From positions 19,346,001 through 19,410,000 of the forward strand of contig NC_086118.1 of the NCBI RefSeq assembly GCF_963921235.1: 64,000 bases of DNA, written 5' to 3'. The stretch comes from Mobula hypostoma (Eukaryota). How positions within the stretch are numbered: position 1 is the stretch's first letter; each line of letters starts with the position of its first letter. The notes under the pieces were generated by a model, which had not been told where the DNA came from, searched no databases, and saw only the letters and a program-made list of their open reading frames with translations. Position numbers and translations under genes: made by a program. Positions 37,160-49,744 of the stretch are shown in pieces.

Positions 37160-37911
37160 AAGGGTGGTGGACCTGAGGAGAGTTAAGGTACTGGTAACCC
37201 CTGTTTCCATCCAGGAGGTCAGTGTGGACATGGTGGAGGATTACAAATACCTGGGGATACGAATTGACAATAAACTGGACTGGTCTAAGAACACTGAGGC
37301 TGTCTACAAGAAGGGTCAGAGCCGTCTCTATTTCCTGAGGAGACTGAGGTCCTTTAACATCTGTCGGATGATGCTGAGGATGTTCTATGAGTCTGTGGTG
37401 GCCAGTGCGATCATGTTTGCTGTTGTGTGCTGGGGCAGCAGGCTGAGGGTAGTGGACACTAACAGAATCAAAAATATCATTCGTAAGGCCAGTGATGTTG
37501 TGGGGATGGAACTGGACTCTCTGACAGTGGTGTCTGAAAAGAGGATGCTGTCCAAGTTGCATGCCATCTTGGACAATGTCTCCCATCCACTAGATAATGT
37601 ACTGGTTGGGCACAGGAGTACATTCAACCAGAGACTCATTCAACCAAGATGCAACACTGAGCGTCATAGGAAGTCATTCCTGCCTGTGGCCATCAAGCTT
37701 TACAACTCCTCCCTTGGAGCGTCGGACACCCTGAGCCAATAGGCTGGTCCTGGACTTATTTCCATCTGGCATAATTTACATATTATTATTTAATTATTTA
37801 TGGTTTTATATTGCTATATTTATACTCTATTCTTGGTTGGTGCAACTGTAACGAAACCCAATTTCCCTCGGGATCAATAAAGTATGTCTATTTATCTATC
37901 TATCTATCTAT
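37160..37911 (+). mobile_element. Rex1/Babar LINE, 5'-truncated, open RT C-terminus
   Basis: 192-aa ORF 'YKYLGIRIDNKLDWSKNTEAVYKKGQSRLYFLRRLRSF..'; AATAAA followed by a (TATC)n tail. Confidence 0.92.
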
Positions 37912-38795
37912 TGATAGGTTCTTGATTAGACAAGGCATCAAAGGTTATGGGGAGAAGGCGGGAGGATGGGGTTGAGAGGGATAATAAATCAGCCATGATG
38001 GAATGACAGAGCAGACTCAATTGAGCGATTGGCTCAATTCTTTTCCTATATCTTATGGTCTTATTTTTCTCTCACTGTTTATGTTAATTCATACCCTGAA
38101 CCTACATAACCTGTGATGCTACTTCAAGTAAGTTTACAGCAAAGGCCACACCATAACGGAGATAATGACCCCTTGAGTTCACACACTGTTTAGAGCAATC
38201 CAGTCAATCCTGAGCACCTACTCTTTACTCTTAACTCTGAAAATTCTTTTCCTGCCAGTGTCTCTCCAAATTTCTTATAAAATCATTGATCATTTATACT
38301 TCCACCACCTCACAGCAGTGATTACAAGGTCATTATCATTTGCTGTATAAATATGTTCCTCCTCATGTGCCCTTGATATCTTTTGAAAGGAGGGACAAAT
38401 GTCTTTCACTGCTGGGAACCATCACAAAACAACCTGGCCCTAAGTGGTTACAAATGGTTTCAATCAATGCTCTCTTTAACTAGTGGAACTCAAGCAGCAA
38501 TACTGATCACACTGTGGGATTCCTAAATCACATCACTACCAACCTGAACCTAAGCTATCTGGACACAGTCATTGTGCATGCTATTTAAAGAATTTAAACA
38601 GAAGCAGATTTCTTTGAAGTTTGGGTTAAAGCACCTAAATATAATAATAAGTTTCTTTGTGGCTCACTTCTCCAGGCAACCAACAAAAACAAATCTCCCT
38701 GCGAAGTTAACCTATTGTTATGATTGTTCCAGGCCTTCCTGTGGAACCAGATAGATTATCACTTTGCTTAAACTAATTTTATAAATTGCTCTGTG

Positions 38796-39292
38796 CAACA
38801 TACACAAAATGCTGGAGGAACTCAGCAGGCCAGGCAACATCTATGGAAAAGACTACAGTCAACGTTTCAGGCTGAGACCCTTCATCAGGACTGGAAAAAA
38901 AATGATGGTGGTGGGGAGGAGAGGAAGACCCACAAGGTGATAGAAGAAACATGCTGGGGGGGGCGGTGGGAGGAGAGGTGAAGTAAAGAGCTGGATAGTT
39001 GATTGGTGAAGGAGATACAGGGCTGGAGAAGGGAGAATCTGACAGGAGAGGACAGAGGACCATGGAAGAATGAAAAGTGGGAGGAACACCTGAGGGAGGT
39101 GATAGGCGGGTAAGGAGATAAGGTGAGAAAGGGAAATGGGAATGGGACTGGTGAAGGAGAGGGGGTCATTACTAGAAGTTCTCAGCCCAAAACGTCAACT
39201 GTACTCTTTTCCATAGATGCTGCCTGGCCTGTTAATTTCCTTCAGCGTTTCGGGGCTGGCTTGGATGTACAGCACCAGCAGATACTCTCTTG
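38796..39292. mobile_element. Penelope fragment with inverted terminus and 18-bp TSD
   Basis: TSD tttataaattgctctgtg (38778-38795) / tttataaattgttctgtg (39293-39310); inverted terminus starts at about 39180. Confidence 0.85.
38856..38893 (-). ncRNA. Minimal hammerhead ribozyme motif (best-preserved copy)
   Basis: cagtc-CUGAUGA-agggucucagccu-GAAA-cguu-gacug: perfect 5-bp stem I, stem II, and palindromic AACGUU in place of stem III. Confidence 0.75.
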
Positions 39293-42200
39293 TTTATAAA
39301 TTGTTCTGTGTACTGAATAGAATTTAGTGTGCCATATCTTTCAGCAGTAGCATGTGAAGCCAAAGAATAAAATATGATGATAATTTCCAAGCAGACATTG
39401 ACAGCCTCCCAAAATTTGACTGATATGACAGCATTCAAACTTTCATGTAGGGTGCTCCCTGATGTCAGGAATGTTTTGATCAAAGGATGGATGGAACAAG
39501 ACTGTCTTCTCTTCAGGGACTTTTATGTTGGATCATAAACGTACTGCAGCTTTCATGACTAATTCCAAAGTTAAATTTTATTGACATCTTCAGGAAACAT
39601 ATCAAGTTCAGTTGACAGCCATCTGCTTTTTTAGCCATGCAGGTCTGCAGTTACTCTCTTAAACAGGTTCCTGCAGAATTCCTGAACAACGGGAATGTTG
39701 ACCAGAGATATTTCTGAGCCTGTACCTCAATTCCGAATCCAGATCCCAAATCCCCCGGAAGAGACAGAAATCAATGGAGATACAAGGATATGCTAGAGCA
39801 TAAAACAAACTTTTGGAGCTACTGAGTGAGTCAAGCAGCACTACAGATGCTGTCTTTCCTGTTGAATTCCTCCAGCAGGCAAAAATCAATACAAAGATAA
39901 AAATGCTGATGAGAAAAGGGGCCAACATGAAAGAACATTCATACAGGACCAGTCCAGCACAAGGGACTTAGGAGACAGGGAAAATAAGTTTTGAATTTTT
40001 CTCTTGCATCGCAGTCACAGCATATCCCAAAACACTTTACAGTGATCATATTGGTGATGCAGCAAATGCAACAACCAATTTAGAAGCTGCAAGGTTCCAA
40101 TAACTTGGCAATGAGATAACAGCTATACTTACTGCTATGTCAGGACATAGAGACAGTGGAAGGAGGCATCCAATGATTTTGTAACAGGATCAGAAATGTA
40201 TTTTTCAAGGCCATGCCTAATGCACTAACAGATTCCCAGCAGGATTAACTTGTGGGAAAGTTGCTTCTTTTTTACTTCCATTCAAAGACGGTGGCATCAT
40301 CAAAGCTTGAGCTGATTAGTTATAGAAACCCATGGGAGTGTGGCAGGTAAACTAGTAGTGTGCATTTTAAAATTCCAGTTATTTTCTCAGGGCAAGAAAC
40401 CATTGAATAAAGTTTTCCATTCTTGCTTGTGCCTATTTTAATATTATACTCACGTTTGCTGGCTATTTTATTTAAATGTATGAGCAGTCACAATATATTA
40501 CTTAACATTACCAGCTGTCAAATGTACTGTTCAGCTGTGGAAATTAAATTTTTTGTTCTTGCACTCATTTACGCTGGCTACAGCTAAACCAGCTTCTAAT
40601 TTGTTTGGTAAACTTTGAAGGTTTATCATAGTAATTTCTGCAGACAAAGACCACCTCAATTATGCATGAATTATAATTAATTCTTGCAATCATTAGAAGA
40701 TGGGTGAAATATCATAATTGCCAACAGAAGCAAACAAATAGGTAAAAGTTAATCGTTATAATATCCGTCATCATTTGCTGAGGCAATTACAGTAATCTCC
40801 ACATGATTACTGCATTTTTTAAACTGTCAGGCATTGGTGGTGATTAGGGCTAAAGCATAGATTAATGCAAGTAGCTGTACACGGTTTTTGCAAACAATTA
40901 ACTATCCTGGAAACAATGATTTCCTTTCAAATTTGGGGTGCTGAGTCTGAGAGACGCAAGCTAATAAGGTTTGCTGTGGAAATAAGCACAATGAAGGGTC
41001 TTTGCTGTGAGCTAATGGATTATTTCATCAGCCATTTTGTCTTTCTTCCCCCCTGTTGCTCTGTGAAAGCAATAAAACCGATGGAAATTGGAATAACTAA
41101 TCCTGCACAATCCATTGGCATGACAAATTTTAGGCTCTCAACACATTGAGAAATACTTGTTTATACCAATAAACTAGTGTTGCAAAGTGTGCTTTATTAT
41201 TAAGTGTGAATCATATCTTTCAATTTGTTCAATAATCTCTTACTCTTAATAATTGTATAGTGGTTATATATGTAAGATCTACCACTATTTATGGCATTGC
41301 ATGTGGCACTGGATGTTAGCATCCAGGATAATGCACGATTCAATTCAGAAAGCTGCAACTTCCTAAAGGGCAACTAAAATTTAGAGTCAATGCATCTTGC
41401 TCCATTTTCTTTTCCTTGATGAAACCATTCCCATCTCTCTATTTTTATCAATAATCTGGCATATGAGGCATGAAATAGCAGCTGTTTAAAATTAGCAAAT
41501 CAGGGCAAAAGAAATGGAAGTGTTCCAGCAGGGTTTTTTTGTTAACATAAATTCAATAATTCAAATGAAAGGCTGAATTCAATCTGAGCTGAGACTTGGT
41601 TTATGATCCCTGCCAAACGCCTGGAGCAACACACACCACTTTGTAGCCCAGTGGGTCGAGCTGAACATGAGGCGTCATTTCTGCAGCTGAGATGTAAAGT
41701 GAACCAGTGCGTGCACAGTTTCTAAGCCTCAAGGGGCAGAAGCAAATGACCTGCCTCTGTCCACCCTTTTGCTCCTTGCTCAGCTCGTGCTGCCAAAATC
41801 TTTTCAATTGCTTCTTTTTGCATATAAATGAGCAATAATTTAAAACAGCTGAAATACATTTATTTTAAGAAAATTAATTTTAAAATTTAATGGACTTAAC
41901 TAAAATACATTTAACTGTTTTAACCAATTAATTAAAATAAAGAAATGAAAACTCTTCACATCCCTTACCTCTACTACCTGTGTCAGTGACCCCATTTAAA
42001 TGAGAGAGGCTGCAATGAATACACCAGAATTTGCATCTGAGGGCCAATGGTCCAGATACAAAATGTGTTCCAGCCCTCAGTTCACTGTGATCAAGCACCA
42101 GTGCTGGGCTCTCATTGCTCAACCCAGTGGCCGAATGGAACTCAGATGATTTCCGCACTGCAATGAGCAGACACGGAGCACCGGGCAGCTGAGTGTTCCA

Positions 42201-43554
42201 TTCAGAAGCACAATCTAATGCAACTCTTCTTTGTACTTGGGCACAATTTTATTTTAGGTTATTGGGTTCCTCATGTTACTTCTGATATAATAACGCACCT
42301 TGCTGCTAAAGCTCAGGATCTAGTGTGTAAAGCAATTCACAGATGGAAGAAAATAATAGCTACAGCCTGTATACAGCTGCAGGTCAGATCTCTCAGTGGG
42401 TGGGCATCTGGGGGACAGTGACCACCGCTCCCTGGCCTTTAGCATTATCATGGAAAAGGATAGAATCAGAGAGGACAGGAAAATTTTTAATTGGGGAAGG
42501 GCAAATTATGAGGCTATAAGGCTAGAACTTGCAGGTGTGAATTGGGATGATGTTTTTGCAGGGAAATGTACTATGGAAATGTGGTTGATGTTTTGGGATC
42601 TCTTGCAGGATGTTAAGGATTAATTTGGCCCGGTGAGGAAGATGAAGAATGGTAGGGTGAAGGAACCGTGGGTGACAAGTGAGGTGGAGAATCTAGTCAA
42701 GTGGAAGAAGGCAGCATATATGAGGTTTAGGAAGCAAGGATCAGATGGGTCTACTGAGGAATATAGGGAAGCAAGAAGGAGCTTAAGAAGGGGCTGAGAA
42801 GAGCAAGAAGGGGGCATGAGAAGGTCTTGGCGAGTAGGGTAAAGGAAAGCCCCAGGGCATTCTTCAATTATGTGAAGAACAAAAGGATGACAGGAGTGAA
42901 GGTAGGACCAATTAGAGATAAAGGTGGGAAGATGTGCCTGGAGGCTGTGGAAGTGAACGAGGTCCTCAATGAATACCTCTCTTCGGTATTCACCAGTGAG
43001 AGGGAACTTGATGACGGTGAGGACAATATCAGTGAGGTTGATGTTCTGGAGCATGTTGATATTAAGGGAGAGGAGGTGCTGGAGTTGTTAAAATACATTA
43101 GGACGGATAAGTCCCTGGGGCTTGACAGAATATTCCCCAGGCTGCTCCAAAAGGTGAGGGAAGAGATTACTGAGCCTCTGGCTAGGAACTTTATGTACTC
43201 GTTGTCCACGGGAATGGTACCAGAGGATTGGAGGGAGGCAAATGTTGTCCCCTTGTTCAAAAAAGGTAGTGGGGTAGTCCGGGTAATTATAGACCAGTGA
43301 GCCTTACATCTGTGGTGGGAAAGCTGTTGGAAAAGATACTTAGAGATAGGATCTATGGGTATTTAGAGAATTATGGTCTGATCAGAGACAGTCAGCAGGG
43401 CTTTGTGAAGGGTAGACCGTGTCTAACAAGCCTGATAGAGTTCTTTGAGGAGGTGACCAGGCATATAGAAAATAGGTAAATAGGTGCAGGAGTAGGCCAT
43501 TCAGCCCTTCGAGCCTGCATCGCCATTTATTATGATCATGGCTGATCATCCAAC

Positions 43555-45792
43555 TCAGAACCCCGCCCCAACCTTCCCTCCATACCCCCTGACCAGTGTA
43601 GCCACAAGGGCCATATCTAACTCCCTCTTAAATATAGCCAATGAACTGGCCTCAACTGTTTCCTGTGGCAGAGAATTCCACAGATTCACCACTCTCTTTG
43701 TGAAGACATTTTTCCTAATCTCGGTCCTAAAAGGCTTCCCCTCTATCCTCAAACCGTGGCCCCTTGTTTTGGACTTCCCCAACATCGGGAACAATCTTCC
43801 TGCATCCAGCCTGTCCAATCCCTTTAGGATCTTATACGTTTCAATCAGATCCCCCCTCAATCTTCTAAATTCCAACGAGTACAAGCCCAGTTCATCCAGT
43901 CTTTCTTCATATGAAAGTCCTGCCATCCCAGGAATCAATCTGGTGAACCTTCTTTGTACTCCCTCTATGGCAAGGATGTCTTTCCTCAGATTAGGGGACC
44001 AAAACTGCACACAATACTCCAGGTGTGGTCTCACCAAGGCCTTGTACAACTGCAGTAGTACCTCCCTGCTCCTGTACTCGAATCCTCTCGCTATAAATGC
44101 CAGCATACCATTCGCCTTTTTCACCGCCTGCTGTACCTGCATGCCCACTTTCAATGACTGGTGTATAATGACACCCAGGTCTCGTTGCACCTCCCCTTTT
44201 CCTAATCGGCCACCATTCAGATAATAATCTGTTTTCCTATTTTTGCCACCAAAGTGGATAACTTCACATTTATCCACATTAAATTGCATCTGCCATGAAC
44301 TTGCCCACTCACTCAACCTATCCAAGTCACCCTGCATCATCTTAGCATCCTCCTCACAGCTAACACTGCCACCCAGCTTCGTGTCATCCACAAACTTGGA
44401 GATGCTGCATTTAATTCCCTCATCCAAGTCATTAATATATATTGTAAACAACTGGGGTCCCAGCACTGAGCCTTGCAGTACCCCACTAGTCACCGCCTGC
44501 CATTCTGAAAAGGTCCTGTTTATTCCCACTCTTTGCTTCCTGTCTGCTAACCAATTCTCCACCCACACCAATACCTTACCCCCAATACCGTGTGCTTTAA
44601 GTTTGCACACTAATCTCCTGTGTGGGACCTTGTCAAAAGCCTTTTGAAAATCCAAATATACCACATCCACTGGTTCTCCCCTATCCACTCTACTAGTTAC
44701 ATCCTCAAAAAATTCTATGAGATTCGTCAGACATGATTTTCCTTTCACAAATCCATGCTGACTTTGTCCGATGATTTTACCGCTTTCCAAATGTGCTGTT
44801 ATCACATCTTTGATAACTGACTCCAGCAGTTTCCCTACCACCGACGTTAGGCTAACCGGTCTATAATTCCCCAGTTTCTCTCTCCCTCCTTTTTTAAAAA
44901 GTGGAGTTACATTAGCCACCCTCCAATCCTCAGGAACTAGTCCAGAATCTAACGAGTTTTGAAAAATTATCACTAATGCATCCACTATTTCTTGGGCTAC
45001 TTCCTTAAGCACTCTAGGATGCAGACCATCTGACCCTGGGGATTTATCTGCCTTCAATCCCTTCAATTTACCTAACACCACTTCCCTACTAACATGTATT
45101 TTGCTCAGTTCCTCCATCTCACTGGACCCTCTGTCCCCTACTATTTCTGGAAGATTATTTATGTCCTCCTTAGTGAAGACAGAACCAAAGTAATTATTCA
45201 ATTGGTCTGCCATGTCCTTGCTCCCCATAATCAATTCACCTGTTTCTGTCTGCAGGGGAACTACATTTGTCTTTACCAGTCTTTTCCTTTTTACATATCT
45301 ATAACAGCTTTTACAGTCCATTTTTATGTTCCCTGCCAGTTTTCTCTCATAATCTTTTTTCCCCTTCCTAATTAAGGCCTTTGTCCTCCTCTGCTGAATT
45401 CTGAATTTCTCCCAGTCCTCAGGTGAGCCACCTTCTCTGGCTAATTTGTATGCTTCTTCTTTGGAATTGATACTATCCCTAATTACCCTTGTCAGCCACG
45501 GGTGCACTACCTTCCTTGATTTATTCTTTTGCCAAACCGGGGTGAACAATTGTTGTAGTTCATCCATGCAACCTTTAAATGCTTGCCATTGCATATCCAC
45601 CGTCAACCCTTTAAGTGTCATTTGCCAATCTATCTGAGCTAATTCACGTCTCATACCTTCAAATTTACCCCTCTTTAAGTTCAGAACCTTTGTTTCTGAA
45701 TTAACTATGTCACTCTCCATCTTAATGAAGAATTCCACCATATTATGGTTACTCTTACCCAAGGGGCCTCTCACGACAAGATTGCTAATCAA
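43555..45792 (-). CDS. CR1 ORF2 reverse transcriptase portion (745 aa open)
   Basis: 'NYRPVSLTS', 'VYLDFQKAFDKVPH', 'QGSVLGP', 'SKFVDDTKLGG', 'VRPHLEYCVQFWSP'. Confidence 0.9.
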   Translation of the reverse strand: MISNLVVRGPLGKSNHNMVEFFIKMESDIVNSETKVLNLKRGKFEGMRRELAQIDWQMTLKGLTVDMQWQAFKGCMDELQQLFTPVWQKNKSRKVVHPWLTRVIRDSINSKEEAYKLAREGGSPEDWEKFRIQQRRTKALIRKGKKDYERKLAGNIKMDCKSCYRYVKRKRLVKTNVVPLQTETGELIMGSKDMADQLNNYFGSVFTKEDINNLPEIVGDRGSSEMEELSKIHVSREVVLGKLKGLKADKSPGSDGLHPRVLKEVAQEIVDALVIIFQNSLDSGLVPEDWRVANVTPLFKKGGREKLGNYRPVSLTSVVGKLLESVIKDVITAHLESGKIIGQSQHGFVKGKSCLTNLIEFFEDVTSRVDRGEPVDVVYLDFQKAFDKVPHRRLVCKLKAHGIGGKVLVWVENWLADRKQRVGINRTFSEWQAVTSGVLQGSVLGPQLFTIYINDLDEGIKCSISKFVDDTKLGGSVSCEEDAKMMQGDLDRLSEWASSWQMQFNVDKCEVIHFGGKNRKTDYYLNGGRLGKGEVQRDLGVIIHQSLKVGMQVQQAVKKANGMLAFIARGFEYRSREVLLQLYKALVRPHLEYCVQFWSPNLRKDILAIEGVQRRFTRLIPGMAGLSYEERLDELGLYSLEFRRLRGDLIETYKILKGLDRLDAGRLFPMLGKSKTRGHGLRIEGKPFRTEIRKNVFTKRVVNLWNSLPQETVEASSLAIFKRELDMALVATLVRGYGGKVGAGF

Positions 45793-45827
45793 CCTTCCTC
45801 ATTGCTCAAAACCCAGTCCAGAATCGC

Positions 45828-46586
45828 CTACTCTCTAGTTAGTTCCTCGACATGTTGGTTCATAAAACCATCCCGCATACATTCCAAGAAATCCTCTTCC
45901 TCAGCACCTTTACCAATTTGGTTCACCCAATCTACATGTAGATTGAAGTCACCCATTACAACTGCTGTTCCTTTATTGCACACATTTCTAATTTCCTGTT
46001 TAATACCATCTCCGACCTCACTACTACTGTTAGGTGGCCTGTACACAACTCCCACCAGCGTCTTCTGCCCCTTAGTGTTACGCAGCTCAACCCATATCGA
46101 TTCCACATCTTCCCGGCTTATGTCCTTCCTTTCTATTGCGTTAATCTCTTCTTTAACCAGCAACGCCGCCCCGCCTCCCCTTCCTTCATGTCTATCCCTC
46201 CTGAATATTGAATATCCCTGAACGTTGAGCTCCCATCCCTGGTCACCCTGGAGCCATGTCTCTGTGATCCCAACTATATCATAATCATTAATAACAATCT
46301 GCACTTTCAATTCATCCACCTTATTACGAATGCTCCTTGCATTGACACACAAAGCCTTCAGGCGCTCTTTTACAACTCTCTTAGCCCTTATACAATTATG
46401 TTGAAAAGTGGCCCTTTGTAATGCTTGCCCTGGATTTGTCGCCCTGCCACTTTTACTTTTTTCCTTAGTACTTTTTGCTTCTACCCTCACTTTACACCCC
46501 TCTGTCTCTCTGCACTGGTTCCCATCCCCCTGTTGTGAACTAACCTCCTCATGCCTAGCCTCTTTAATTTGATTCCCACACCCCAA
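45828..46586 (-). pseudogene. CR1 ORF2 APE endonuclease portion, cut from RT by a stop and a 1-bp frameshift
   Basis: 'NARSIRNK..GITETWL..VYRPPN..MGDFN'; TAG at 45828-45830, then a frameshift near 45795. Confidence 0.88.
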
Positions 46587-46591
46587 CCATT

Positions 46592-46976
46592 CTAGTTTAA
46601 AGTCACCTCAGTAGCCCCCGCTAATCTCCCTGCCAGGATGTTGGTACCCCTAGAATTCAAGTGTAACCCGTCCTTTTTGTACAGGTCATGCCTGTGCCAA
46701 AAGAGGTCCCAATGATCCAAAAACTTGAATCCCTGCCCCCTGCTCCAATCCCTCAGCCACGCATTTATCCTCCACCTCATCGCATTCCTACTCTCACTGT
46801 CGCGTGGCACAGGCAGTAATCCCAAGATTACTACCTTTGCGGTCCTTTTTCTCAACTCCCTTCCTAGCTCCCTATATTCTCCTTTCAGGACCTCATCCCT
46901 TTTCCTACCTATGTCATTGGCACCTATATGTACCACGACCTCTGGCTCCTCGCCCTCCCACTTCAGGATATCTTGG
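46592..46976 (-). pseudogene. CR1 ORF1 SGNH-esterase C-terminus (5'-truncated)
   Basis: 'QDILKWEGEEPEVVVHIGANDIGRKRDEVL..LYKKDGLHLNSRGTNILAGR'. Confidence 0.85.
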
Positions 46977-48626
46977 ATATAGATGAGGGTAGTGCAGTGG
47001 GTGTGATCTACATGGATTTTAGTAAGGCATTTGACAAGGTTCCACAAGGTAGGCTTATTCAGAAAGTCAGAAGGCTTACGAGGGTAGTTTGACCAGGTGG
47101 ATGCAGAATTGGCTTGCCTGCAGAAGGCAGAGGGCTGTGGTGGAGGGAGTACATTCAGATTGGAGGGTTGTGACTAGTGGTGTCCCACAAGGATCTGTTC
47201 TAGGACCTCTACTTTTCATGATTTTTACTAACGAACTGGATATGGGGGTAGAAGGGTGGGTTAGCAAGTTTGCAGACAACACAAAGGTTGGTGGTGTTGT
47301 AGATAGTGCAGAGGATTGTCAAAGATTGCAGAGAGACATTGATAGGATGCAGAAGTGGGCTGAGACGTGGCAGATGGAGTTCAACCTGGAGAAGTGTGAG
47401 GTGATACACTTTGGAAGGACAAACTCCAAGGCAGATTACAAAGTAAATGGCAGGATACTTGGTAGTGTGGAGGAGCAGAGGGATCTCGGGGTACATGTCC
47501 ACAGATCCCTGAAAGTTGCCTCACAGGTAAATAGGATAGTTAAGAAAGCTTATGGGGTGTTAGCTTTCATAAGTCAAGGGATAGAGTTTAAGAGTCGCGA
47601 TGTAATGATGCAGCTCTATAAAACTCTGGTTAGGCCACACTTGGAGTATTGTGTCCAGTTCTGGTCACCTCACTGTAGGAAGAATGTGGAAGCATTGGAA
47701 AGGGTACAGAGGAGATTTACCAGGATGCTGCCTGGTTTAGAGAGTATGGATTATGATCAGAGATTAAGGGAGCTAGGGCTTTACTCTTTGGAGAGAAGGA
47801 GGATGAGAGGAGACATGATAGAGGTGTACAAGATATTAAGAGGAATAGATAGAGTGGACAGCCAGCACCTCTTCCCCAGGGCACCACTGCTCAGTACAAG
47901 AGGACATGGCTTTAAGGTAAGGGGTGGGAAGTTCAAAGGGGATATTAGAGGAAGGTTTTTTACTCAGAGAGTGGTTGGTGCGTGGAATGCACGGCCTGAG
48001 TCAGTGGTGGAGGCAGATACACTAGTGAAGTTTAAGAGACTACTAGACAGGTATATGGAGGAATTTAAGGTGTGGGGTTATATGGGAGATAGGGTTTGAG
48101 GGTCGGAACAACATTGTGGGCCGAAAGGGCCTGTACTGTGCTGTACTATTCTATATATACAAACATATAATAATCAGTGATTCTGCTGACCATACACATA
48201 AAATGATGATGTCACAGCAATGTTAAAGCTTCAAGGGTTATGCATTTATCACAAAGCTTGTGGGAGGACAGCTTTTATGAGTTCTGTTTTTCTTAAATTA
48301 ATTTTAAATCTGCTTTACATGAAGTCTCTGCCTTGCTACATGGTAGCACAGTGTAATCATAGTAATCTGACTCAGACGCAGCATAATGCTTTGAAACTAT
48401 TGTCTCACAATGCGGGCTGCATATTAATTTCTTTGTGCATTTTAAACATGCCCTTTATAACCCATCCAAAATGCTTTGAAACAAAATCTATCACATACTA
48501 GTCCTATTGTCAGTCATCACTTAGAGCCCTTTCTGTTTCCTTAGGCCTCCCCATGCAACAGCGGAAGATACAAAATCTGTCCAGTTCCTCTTCCCCTCCC
48601 TCAAAAGGTGAAACGATTTACTTGTA

Positions 48627-49016
48627 ACAACAGGAATTCTGCAGATGCTGGAAATTCAAGCAACACACATCAAAGTTGCTGGTGAACGCAGCAGGCCAGG
48701 CAGCATCTCTAGGAAGAGGTGCAGTTGACATTTCAGGCCGAGACCCTTCGTCAGGACTAACTGAAGGAAGAGTGAGTAAGGGATTTGAAAGTTGGAGGGG
48801 GAGGGGGAGATGCAAAATGATAGGAGAAGACAGGAGGGGGAGGGATGGAGCCGAGAGCTGGACAGGTGATTGGCAAAAGGGGATATGAGAGGATCATGGG
48901 ACAGGAGGTCCGGGAAGAAAGACAAGGGGGGGGGGGACCCAGAGGATGGGCAAGAGGTATATTCAGAGGGACAGAGGGAGAAAAAGGAGAGTGAGAGAAA
49001 GAATATGACAAAGTCA
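48627..49016 (-). mobile_element. Penelope terminal fragment with 16-bp TSD and hammerhead motif (48722-48759)
   Basis: TSD aaacgatttacttgta (48611-48626, 49017-49032); CUGACGA-agggucucggccu-GAAA-uguc. Confidence 0.88.
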
Positions 49017-49520
49017 AAACGATTTACTTGTACTTCTTTTTAACATAGTACTCTTTGTGGTTCTGTTAATGGAGCTGCTGCATCACAGCTCTAGTATCCA
49101 GGAATCTATCCTGACCTTTGGTGCTGTCCACATGGAGTTTGCACGCTTTCCCTGTGACCATGCGGGTTACTTCTGAAAGCCCACATCCAAAGACCAGCAG
49201 ACTGACAAGCTGCCACTTTGTTGCCTTTTTTGTATAGTGATCTGAGCAATAGTGATGGAATTTTGATAAAACGTGTGAATGTAAGATTAGAAAAATGGAT
49301 ACTTAGTAGCTGGCACAGAATTAGCAGGGCAAAGGGCCTCCTCCTATGCTACATAACTCTACGGCTTAGTGTGGTGTTCCTTACAGTAAGAAATCAAACT
49401 ATCAATTGGGACACTGCATAAAGAATCCTGAGCTTTGGATCATTTATTAATTCAATTCTCCATCCCACTCCCACCCTCATGTTAATCTTCGGCACTTCAC
49501 AATGTTCCAGTGAAGCTCCA

Positions 49521-49744
49521 TGTATGCTCAAGGAACAGCCGTGCACTTTCTAAACATTGCTGCTTATGGGTCTTAATACTGAGTTGATCAATTTCAGACA
49601 AAGACACCATTGTTCTTATCTTGTGCTTTTTGTATGCTCAAGGAACAGCATTGCACTTTCTAAACATTGCTGCTTATGGGTCTTAATACTGAGTTGATCA
49701 ATTTCAGACAAAGACACTATTGTTCGTATCTTGTGCTTTTTGTA
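49521..49744. repeat. 110-bp tandem duplication within an old Penelope-like remnant
   Basis: Units start at 49521 and 49631 and differ at about 4 positions. Confidence 0.92.

Larger units (their letters stand above)
43470..46976 (-). mobile_element. Young CR1 LINE (partial ORF1 esterase plus ORF2) with 7-bp TSD
   Basis: TSD ATATAGA (43463-43469, 46977-46983); SGNH esterase 'VVVHIGANDIG..DGLHLN'; EN 45828-46586; RT 43555-45792. Confidence 0.96.
42380..48155 (+). mobile_element. CR1 LINE (5'-truncated ORF2), split by an antisense CR1
   Basis: Left part ends '..EFFEEVTRHI'; right part resumes 'DEGSAVGVIYMDFSKAFDKVP'; 'VPQGSVLGPLLF..SKFADNTK'; CR1 3' end 'gggccgaaagggcctgtactgtgctgtactattcta'. 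Confidence 0.95.

Noticed and set aside
41590..42200. GC-richer block with short inverted motifs (ctcattgc / gcaatgag)
   Set aside because: No definable TIR, TSD or ORF; cannot be classified.
43532..44647. Long plus-strand ORFs (230 aa and 134 aa)
   Set aside because: They are antisense shadows of the CR1 RT frame.
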